Shown here piece by piece: positions 56,759 through 64,000 of a DNA stretch of 64,000 bases (the stretch's first letter is position 1; every line of letters begins with the position of its first letter). The position numbers were made by a program, and so were the translations under genes. Under the pieces are notes generated by a model that was given only the letters and a program-made list of their open reading frames with translations, did not search any database and was not told the origin of the DNA. The DNA comes from Candidatus Pacearchaeota archaeon (GTDB taxonomy: Archaea; Nanobdellota; Nanobdellia; Pacearchaeales; GW2011-AR1). The stretch is from contig JAVYLW010000003.1 of assembly GCA_038740375.1 (NCBI GenBank), positions 4,545 through 68,544 of the forward strand. The letters run 5' to 3'.

Positions 56759-58640
56759 TTCTTTTATAAATAAGAAGTCGCAAATTACTTTATTTATCAT
56801 TTTTGTAATAGTTATTGTTGCACTTATTTTTTTATTTTTTATATTTAAGGGTAAAATTATTAGTTCTAATATTCCTAAGAATTTTGAACCTGTTTATACT
56901 CATTATCTCTCTTGTATTGATTATGAAGCTAAGAATGGGGCTTTGATTCTTGGAGAGACAGGAGGACATATTAAGGAAACTTCTTTTTCTCCTGGAAGTA
57001 TTTATATGCCTTTTTCATCTCATCTCGGATTTTTAGGAAATGCAATTCCTTATTGGTATTATGTTTCAGGAAACGGTCTTGTTTATGAGAAAATTCCAAG
57101 TATTAATGATATGCAAGATGAAATTTCAGAATATATAGAACAAAATATTTTAAGAAATTGTGATTTTTCATATTTTGAAAAACAAGGATATGAGATTAAT
57201 TTAAGTGAAGCTATTGTAACAAGTGAGATTAAAGAAAATGTTATAATTAGTAAGGTAAAACAAAATATTGAAATTAAATACGATAAAAAAAGTTGGACTG
57301 GTAAGAATCATATTGTAGAGACAAAATCTAATTTAGGAAAATTTTATAATTTGGCTATAAAAATTTATAATCATAATAAGAAAAATATGTTTTTGGAGAA
57401 ATACGGTGTTGATATTTTAAGATTATATGCTCCTGTTGACGGGGTTGAAATTTCCTGTTCTCCAAAAATATGGTTTTTAACTCAAGTAAGAGAAAATTTA
57501 ATTCAGGCATTAGAGGCAAATATTCCTAAAATAAAAATTGATGGAGATTATTATAGACTTGAAAATAAAGATAATAAATATTATGTTCAAAATATTGGAG
57601 AAAAAACTCCTTTTAATGTTAATTTTATGTATTCTAGATATTGGCCTATGAAAATTGAAGTATGGCCTAGTGAAGATAATGTTCTAAGAGCTGATCCTGT
57701 AGGAATTCAAGAAGGTTTAGGAATACTTGGATTTTGTTATGTCCCTTATCATTTTGTATATGATTTTCATTTTCCTGTTTTGATACAAATATATTCTCAA
57801 GGAGAAATTTTTCAGTTTCCTGTTGTGGTAATAATAGATAAGAATCAGCCTAGAAAAGCACTTGATGGAAGTAGTGGTCCTAATATTGTTCCTGACTTGT
57901 GTTTGCGTAAAAATACAAAAATTACAATCTATACTTATAATAATAGTTTAAGTCCTATTCCAGCAAGAATAAAATTCAAATGTTTTGATAATACTTGCTA
58001 TATTGGAGAGGTAAGTGGAAACGGAGCTCCTTTAATTTCTGAATTTCCGCAATGTGGAAATGGATATATTATTGCTTCAAGTGATGGATATGAAACAAGA
58101 AAAGAGTTAATTTCAACTATAAATGAGGGAAGTTATAATATCTTTTTAGATAAAAAGTATAAGTTGAGTGTCGAAGTTAGGAATAAAGGAAACAAACTTG
58201 ATAAAAAAGCAATTATTACTTTTTCAAAAGAAAATGGTACTTCAACGACTGTTTCTTATCCAGATGTTAAGGAGATAGAATTAACAGAGGGTGAATATAA
58301 AGTTGTTGCTTATATTTATACAAATACAAGTTTATATTTGAAAGGTGGAAGCATGCGAAAATGTGTTGATGTTCCTAAAAGTAATATCTTCGGTTTTTTT
58401 GGAATTACAGAGGAGAAATGTTTTGATATGCAAATACCCGGTCAGACTATTGATATGGCAATTGCAGGCGGAGGTACTCAAAAAACTTATTTTCCTGAAT
58501 CAAGATTGTCAAGTTCGAAAAAGTTGATTATAGAACCTGAATTTTTTAATAATCCTAAAAAAATTGAAGATTTGCAAACAAACTTTAATTTGGTTGACAT
58601 TTCACATTTAAATTTTTATTTTGAAGAAAATGAAAATTAA
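56745..58640 (+). CDS. Large exported protein (631 aa) with prepilin-like N-terminus
   Basis: MLRNNSFINKKS/QITLFIIFVIVIVALIFLFFIF resembles the class III signal peptides of the 23271-29557 array. No known domain is recognised in the remainder. Confidence 0.75.
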   Translation: MLRNNSFINKKSQITLFIIFVIVIVALIFLFFIFKGKIISSNIPKNFEPVYTHYLSCIDYEAKNGALILGETGGHIKETSFSPGSIYMPFSSHLGFLGNAIPYWYYVSGNGLVYEKIPSINDMQDEISEYIEQNILRNCDFSYFEKQGYEINLSEAIVTSEIKENVIISKVKQNIEIKYDKKSWTGKNHIVETKSNLGKFYNLAIKIYNHNKKNMFLEKYGVDILRLYAPVDGVEISCSPKIWFLTQVRENLIQALEANIPKIKIDGDYYRLENKDNKYYVQNIGEKTPFNVNFMYSRYWPMKIEVWPSEDNVLRADPVGIQEGLGILGFCYVPYHFVYDFHFPVLIQIYSQGEIFQFPVVVIIDKNQPRKALDGSSGPNIVPDLCLRKNTKITIYTYNNSLSPIPARIKFKCFDNTCYIGEVSGNGAPLISEFPQCGNGYIIASSDGYETRKELISTINEGSYNIFLDKKYKLSVEVRNKGNKLDKKAIITFSKENGTSTTVSYPDVKEIELTEGEYKVVAYIYTNTSLYLKGGSMRKCVDVPKSNIFGFFGITEEKCFDMQIPGQTIDMAIAGGGTQKTYFPESRLSSSKKLIIEPEFFNNPKKIEDLQTNFNLVDISHLNFYFEENEN

Positions 58641-61600
58641 TGAAAAATATAAGTGTGTATTTAAATTGGATAATAAAAAAATTAGGCAGATTTTTTATTT
58701 TGTAATATTTTTAATTTTGATTCATATTCCTTTGATTAATTCTCAATCAATGTATTCTTCTAGTTTTAATGATGTTTCTTCATCAAGCTCATCTTTTAAT
58801 GTTCAACCAGGTTCTTCTAGTTTTTCTGGAAAAACTTACGGAGGTAGTAGTTTTAGCGGTGGAGTATATGGAGCTTCGATAGGTCCTCAATTTAATAATC
58901 CTGGATTTTATATTGGACCTGGATTTGTTTCTCCTGAAGTATATTGGCCTAAATTTAATAAAGAAGATTGTTTTGAAAGAGCAGATTTTATAATGCAGAT
59001 TGCTCCAGGAGGATGCACTCCTGCTGTTGTTAGATCTGATTTATTAGAAGAGCAAGATGTTCCTGTTTTTTGTAAAGTAATGTCAGTAACAGTTAATCCA
59101 CTGATTGATGTTTCTAGAATTAGAAGTATATATTTTAGAGGTAATAATCCTGCAGGAGTTTCTGGAATATCTTATTTTCCTGCACGAGCTGCTTTGAATA
59201 GTCAACAGACATTAATTAGTTCTCCAATTAATGATAATTTAGGTTATGTTGTTATAGTTTTGTCAAGAAAACAATCTGAAAAAGATATGCCTGATTTTAT
59301 TGAAGGAAACATAACTGCTGTAGTTGATTATGATGTTCAAGGAGCTTTTGGTATAGGAAATACGAATTTTTATATTAATGAGATGAGTGATGAAGAATGG
59401 TATAGAAATTATAAACAATATGGCTTTTGGAACGGTAAGGGTTATATTAGAGCTGATTCAATAGAGCCTGACAAAGCAACAATATCTATTTATAGAGATT
59501 CTGAACAAAGAATTTATTCGATTACACTTAAGAAAGGAGAAACATCAGGAGATATTTATTTAAATGGTTTTTATTGTGCTGCTGGATTGAATTTAAGACT
59601 TGAAAATATAGGAGCTCCTGTTGATTCAGCCTTATTGCAGATTAATGATCAACAAATTTGGGTTTCTAGAGGAGATAGGTTGATGAATAATAGATGTACT
59701 GTCACTAATTTAGAGGCTTATAATAATGGAGGAAAGATAAGTATTAGCTGTCCTGTTAGAAATGGAAGAATTGATCTTTCTTTAAATTCTGGAAGAGCTA
59801 ACTTAAGTGTTAATGGTTTAGACTATAAGTTATATTCAATTGGAGATGTTGTAAAATTAGGAAATGAAAATGAAGGAAACTGGTATTTAGGATATGTTGG
59901 TCAAGATTATAAGGGAAATGATTTTGTTGTTATTGTTCAAGATGAATATTCTGATACATATTATGAATTTAGCGATAAAGACGTTTTTAATACTGTTCAA
60001 GGAGTTTTATCAAAATCTACTATCTTAATAAGCGAAGAGCAGCTTCAAAAACAGATTAAAGAAGCAATTATAAAACAGTATACTATTAAATTAAGAGGTA
60101 TTTCTTCTGTAAGAGGAATTGAAGATAAATTAAAAGTATGCATAACAACTAAAGAAAGCTCTGATTGTGGAATAAGTATTGCAGATATATTAACTGCAAA
60201 AGATAGAGTTTGGGATTTAACAAAAGAAGATGAGAAAATAACAAAAGAATATTATGATTGGGCTATAAAATATTACGAGGATTTAATTTCTCTATATCCT
60301 GGAGAAAAAAGAGTTCAAGGTTCAAGCGAAGATAGTTATTCTGCTATGGCTCTATATGAAGCAGCTATAATGTCAAGAAGATTTGGAATGAATGAAAAAT
60401 CTCAAGAGTATTTAAATAAACTTTTAAGAGATTATCCTAATACTTTTTTAGCTAATAAAGTAGCAAGAGATGTTGAATTGTTGAATAAATATGGTTCTTC
60501 TAACTCAAGAGCTACTGTGCAAATTGGGACTGATAATTATTTTGTTGAATTATTAGACTTTAAAAAACCAACTAGATTTGATGCAAGTGCAACTTTGTTG
60601 ATAAACGGGAAAGAAACTGAAATAGGATTAAATGAGATTATTAATATAGGAATATCTAATGGAAGCTCTAGAAATATACAATTATCTGAGATTAACACAG
60701 ATTATGTAGTTTTGAAATATTCTAAAACTGCTTTAGAGAGATTTTATACTAGTTCAGATTATAAAACAGAAAGGCTAAATCTTCATGCGCAAACAGATGT
60801 TGATGGAGTTAGAGTTAAGCTAGTTAATATAAACCTTAAGGAACAAGCTAAAATATCTATAATTCCAAAAATGTTTGGACCAAGATCAGAGGCTAATTTT
60901 ACATTTAGAATCGGAATTGAAAAAAGGGCAATAAAATTATCTACTCAGCAGACAAAAGATTTGATAGAAAATCTTAAAAAAAATATAAAAGAATGGGAAA
61001 ATATTAATAATAAATTGGGAAAAATTGTAAGTTCAATGAAGGGTGCTTGTTTTGCTACTTCTGCTATGTTAACTGTTAAAAATCTAGTAAATGGCTGGAG
61101 TGGAGAATCTATGGCTAGAAAAGAAGTTATGACTAAATCAGGAGGTTGGAATGAGTTTTGCGAAAAGTTAGTTAGTGATAAAACTAGTTCTCCTTTAAAT
61201 GGAAAATCTTATACAGATTCAACAGTGCAAAAATGTCTTTTAGATCATGACTCTTATATTTCTAAAGATGTAGAGATATATAAGAATCAAATAGAAAAAA
61301 CTAATGATTTGATAAAACAAATACAAAAACAAGTAGGAATTCAGAAAACTGATATTTTAGATATGACAGGGCAAGTAGATTCTAGAAAAGTTGAAGATGA
61401 ATTTGCAAAAAAATTCAAGGAATTTTGCTTAAATTCTAAGGGAAGTATTACTCTTCCAGATGCATTTAATACCACAATTAATTTAGGAAAAGAAGGAGGT
61501 ATGTGTGATTGGGATACTCTTACTCAAGAACAAAGAAGGCAGATAATGACCTTAGTTAATACAAGGGACAGTATTTCAAGCCTAGGTGGAAGTTCTATTC

Positions 61601-64000
61601 TTCAGAATATGATTGATAAAGATCTTGGAAGGGTAGTTTTAGATTCAAAAAATTTTTGGGAAAATGAGGGTGCAAGAAGAAGAAATGAAGAAGAAAGAAA
61701 AAAGAATAATATGGGTATAAGAGCAATTGTTCCTGGCGGAGACAGAATTACCTACGGAGACATTAAAATAGTTACTAAAGGTGATTCTAATCATAATATT
61801 TATAAAAATTATAATGTAGGACAAGCTGTAATTTTAATTAATGTTCCTTTTAGGGAGAGTTATGCAGGACATGCTTTTGAAGCAGATTCTGAAGTTGCTG
61901 GAAAACAAGTTACTGTTCCTTTAATAAGACAGCCTGGAGGAGATTATACTGTAGATCCTAAAGGTGAAATATATTTAGTAGAAAGTGGTAAATTAGTTTC
62001 TGATAATGGTGCAAGGTCTGTTAGAGATTATATGAGTTTAAAAGGTATTATTAGATTTAGAGAGTCTAACGCGAAAGTCTATCAGAATAAGATTTTAAAT
62101 CCAGAGGATATGAGAGTTAAATATTTTGAAAGAGCACCTTATAAAGGTCTTCCTGCAGAAGTTCCTTTTGATGTTGAAAACGGATGGTATGTTGAATTAA
62201 CATACGAGCTATCAGGATTTGGAAGACCTTATGATGAGTCTGGAAGAGTTGTTAATTTTTGGATATGTAATGTTGGACCTAATGGAGCGATTGATTTTCA
62301 GAAAAGTTTAGATGACATTTGTAGATATTATAATGGACAAGCAACAGGAGAATTAGGTTTTGGAATTGATCCTTCTGAAGAAAGAAATCTTATAATGAGA
62401 GCTCAACAGGCAATATACGATGCTGCTAAACAATATGGTAAAGATAGAGTTATTATTAATGGTTATAGTTTTAAATCAGGAACTGCATTTGGAGGAGAAC
62501 AAGGAAGATGCAGTGATTTTATGAGTCCTTCTGATTGCAATATTTTGTTTAATGTTTGTGATCCTGTGATGTGTCCTTCTTCAAGATGTGATTTAGGAGG
62601 TGAATTTAGAGTTGATAATGTTGTTCAAACCGGAATAATAGGTAGTTTATTATTATGTTTACCAAATTATAAAGAAGGAATAGTTGTTCCAATATGTTTA
62701 TCTGGAGTTCATGCTGGAATTGAGGGTTATATTAGTATTATGAACTCTACAGTTGCTTGTTTAAATGAAAGTTTAACAACAGGAAGAAATATTGGAATCT
62801 GTGATGAAATTAAAAGTATATACTTATGCGAATTTTTCTGGAAGCAAGCTACACCTTTAATGAATATTCTGATTCCTAGAATGGTTGAATCTTTTTATGG
62901 TCAGGGAGTTAGAGGAGGAGGAGAATATTCAACTGTTCAAGAAGCTTGGAATAATATGCAGTCAAGTATAAAATATTTTACAAACGAATATGCTGTAAAT
63001 TCAATGACAGCATTTCAGGCAAGATCTATAGATAGTGTTGGAAGTGAAATATGTAAATCATTTAATTCAGTAACATATCCTAGTTCAAAAGATTTTTTTG
63101 ATAGATTAATAGAGCCAGATAGTCCTGTTCAATTTACTGGATGGTTTTCAGAAGATCAATATACTACAGCAACTATTCCTGCAACTTCTCATTATAAAGT
63201 TTATTTTCACATTTATGCAGGAAAAGATCAAGGTGCTTATTATACTGTTTATTTGAAAGATGTTCCTCCTATTAACAATATTTTTTTAAATCAAATTTAT
63301 GTTGTTGATAGAGGCTATGTTTCTCGAGGAAGTCAGGTTGATAGAGCAATAGACTTTACAGGAGTTTCTGGTTACAAACAAATGTGTATAAATATAAATG
63401 GAAAAGATGAATGCGGTTTTGGAAAAGTTTCAACCTCTTTTTTAATAAATAGCATTTCTGATGCATATGCAGAAGAACAAGCAAATACTTTAAATATTAA
63501 AACTTCAAAAGAATGTGTTGCTGGAACTCCATCATTAATATCTGCTATAAATCCAAGTTTACAACAAGGTGCTCAAGATATCATTGATCCTCAAATGTAT
63601 AACTATGGAATAATTAGAGTATGTTCTACTGAAAATCCTGGTAAAAGAGTGCTTCCTAGTGGAGAGTTTGATACTACAAACTCTACTTTTGATAGATGGA
63701 AAGAAGTAGGATATTGTGATGATCCTACAATAAAATGTTGGCTCGATACGAGTTCTGTTAAAAATGTTATTAAGAATAAAGGAATATTGAATAAAACTTT
63801 ACAAAACATAGATTTAAATGTTTTAGGAGAAATTGATTTTTGGACTCCTGAACAGAGTACTAGTGTTGCAGCAGAATCGCAAAAAGAAATTGAATCTTTA
63901 ATTATAAATCCTGGAGAAAATAAACTTTCTATTGAAAATAAGATATCTCCAATAGTTAAAAAATTAAGAGATCTTTCTAATTTAGGCCCTTCCAATAAAT
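58630..64000 (+). CDS. Giant secreted Cys-rich protein, 3'-truncated by the window edge (at least 1790 codons); not in the ORF track
   Basis: ATG 58630 overlaps the upstream gene by 11 nt, and the frame stays open to position 64000 (checked codon by codon). Sec-type signal (IFYFVIFLILIHIPLINSQS), Ser/Gly-rich segment, a TPR-like stretch (YYDWAIKYYEDLISLYPG...ALYEAAIMSRRFG...YLNKLLRDYPN), and many Cys clusters (e.g. CSDFMSPSDCNILFNVCDPVMCPSSRCD). Confidence 0.85.
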   Translation, partial: MKINEKYKCVFKLDNKKIRQIFYFVIFLILIHIPLINSQSMYSSSFNDVSSSSSSFNVQPGSSSFSGKTYGGSSFSGGVYGASIGPQFNNPGFYIGPGFVSPEVYWPKFNKEDCFERADFIMQIAPGGCTPAVVRSDLLEEQDVPVFCKVMSVTVNPLIDVSRIRSIYFRGNNPAGVSGISYFPARAALNSQQTLISSPINDNLGYVVIVLSRKQSEKDMPDFIEGNITAVVDYDVQGAFGIGNTNFYINEMSDEEWYRNYKQYGFWNGKGYIRADSIEPDKATISIYRDSEQRIYSITLKKGETSGDIYLNGFYCAAGLNLRLENIGAPVDSALLQINDQQIWVSRGDRLMNNRCTVTNLEAYNNGGKISISCPVRNGRIDLSLNSGRANLSVNGLDYKLYSIGDVVKLGNENEGNWYLGYVGQDYKGNDFVVIVQDEYSDTYYEFSDKDVFNTVQGVLSKSTILISEEQLQKQIKEAIIKQYTIKLRGISSVRGIEDKLKVCITTKESSDCGISIADILTAKDRVWDLTKEDEKITKEYYDWAIKYYEDLISLYPGEKRVQGSSEDSYSAMALYEAAIMSRRFGMNEKSQEYLNKLLRDYPNTFLANKVARDVELLNKYGSSNSRATVQIGTDNYFVELLDFKKPTRFDASATLLINGKETEIGLNEIINIGISNGSSRNIQLSEINTDYVVLKYSKTALERFYTSSDYKTERLNLHAQTDVDGVRVKLVNINLKEQAKISIIPKMFGPRSEANFTFRIGIEKRAIKLSTQQTKDLIENLKKNIKEWENINNKLGKIVSSMKGACFATSAMLTVKNLVNGWSGESMARKEVMTKSGGWNEFCEKLVSDKTSSPLNGKSYTDSTVQKCLLDHDSYISKDVEIYKNQIEKTNDLIKQIQKQVGIQKTDILDMTGQVDSRKVEDEFAKKFKEFCLNSKGSITLPDAFNTTINLGKEGGMCDWDTLTQEQRRQIMTLVNTRDSISSLGGSSILQNMIDKDLGRVVLDSKNFWENEGARRRNEEERKKNNMGIRAIVPGGDRITYGDIKIVTKGDSNHNIYKNYNVGQAVILINVPFRESYAGHAFEADSEVAGKQVTVPLIRQPGGDYTVDPKGEIYLVESGKLVSDNGARSVRDYMSLKGIIRFRESNAKVYQNKILNPEDMRVKYFERAPYKGLPAEVPFDVENGWYVELTYELSGFGRPYDESGRVVNFWICNVGPNGAIDFQKSLDDICRYYNGQATGELGFGIDPSEERNLIMRAQQAIYDAAKQYGKDRVIINGYSFKSGTAFGGEQGRCSDFMSPSDCNILFNVCDPVMCPSSRCDLGGEFRVDNVVQTGIIGSLLLCLPNYKEGIVVPICLSGVHAGIEGYISIMNSTVACLNESLTTGRNIGICDEIKSIYLCEFFWKQATPLMNILIPRMVESFYGQGVRGGGEYSTVQEAWNNMQSSIKYFTNEYAVNSMTAFQARSIDSVGSEICKSFNSVTYPSSKDFFDRLIEPDSPVQFTGWFSEDQYTTATIPATSHYKVYFHIYAGKDQGAYYTVYLKDVPPINNIFLNQIYVVDRGYVSRGSQVDRAIDFTGVSGYKQMCININGKDECGFGKVSTSFLINSISDAYAEEQANTLNIKTSKECVAGTPSLISAINPSLQQGAQDIIDPQMYNYGIIRVCSTENPGKRVLPSGEFDTTNSTFDRWKEVGYCDDPTIKCWLDTSSVKNVIKNKGILNKTLQNIDLNVLGEIDFWTPEQSTSVAAESQKEIESLIINPGENKLSIENKISPIVKKLRDLSNLGPSNK

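Noticed and set aside
51028-58527. Short ORFs at 51028-51222, 51398-51595, 53870-54055, 54741-54935 and 58345-58527
   Set aside because: They overlap the GINS-like gene, L44e, S3Ae and the 631-aa gene, and are shadow frames.
58640-58705. ATG at 58640 (TAATG overlap with the upstream stop) as the start of the giant gene
   Set aside because: That frame hits TAA after 21 codons. The long frame instead begins at ATG 58630.
63603-63995. A 130-aa minus-strand ORF, the only track ORF in the last 5 kb
   Set aside because: It is antisense to the giant plus-strand ORF, which has coherent protein-like sequence across the whole region. It has no motif and no plausible start context.
1-64000. Search for CRISPR arrays, IS elements, integrases, prophage or toxin-antitoxin or other known defence genes, and rRNA
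   Set aside because: I saw no regularly spaced direct repeats, no transposase, integrase or Cas-like motifs, and no long G+C-rich stretch compatible with rRNA. Only short AT-rich microrepeats are present.

Overview
The window is very AT-rich (about three quarters A+T by eye), uses the standard code, and is clearly archaeal. Informational genes include RadA, an RPA-like OB-fold protein, aIF2-alpha, aEF-1beta, S27e, S15, L44e, S3Ae, SRP54, FtsY, Bud32, a RecJ/GAN-like DHH protein, a GINS-like protein, a Hef helicase and an EndoQ-like PHP protein. There are three tRNAs (Gln-UUG, Thr-UGU, Val-GAC). Metabolic genes are few: ApgM, NDK and a lone class I DAHP synthase. Together with GGTGA-type Shine-Dalgarno sites, this fits a small-genome DPANN-like archaeon, which is an inference. 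I found no rRNA, CRISPR array, transposase or integrase. Roughly half the window encodes secreted or membrane-anchored proteins. Two loci stand out. (1) A split type IV pilus-like locus of about 20 kb (10894-30858). It holds a long secretion ATPase, two coiled-coil genes, Cys-rich beta-propeller and GLUG-repeat exoproteins, and a FlaJ/PilC-like platform. It also holds ten consecutive genes with class III (prepilin-type) signal peptides, two of them tiny and absent from the ORF track, and a prepilin peptidase. (2) An overlapping three-gene operon (56612 to beyond 64000). A mini RHH-like protein is followed by a 631-aa protein with a prepilin-like N-terminus, then a giant Cys-rich exoprotein ORF of at least 1790 codons. 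That ORF is missing from the ORF track because it runs off the window. Further observations: Hef is split into a helicase gene and a start-less ERCC4 nuclease frame broken at a T9 homopolymer. A second T9-associated frameshift removes the signal peptide of a surface protein. An unannotated S27e gene is present. Cys-rich modules are shared among several surface proteins, and there are several paralog families. All functional calls rest on motifs recognised by eye; no database search was possible.
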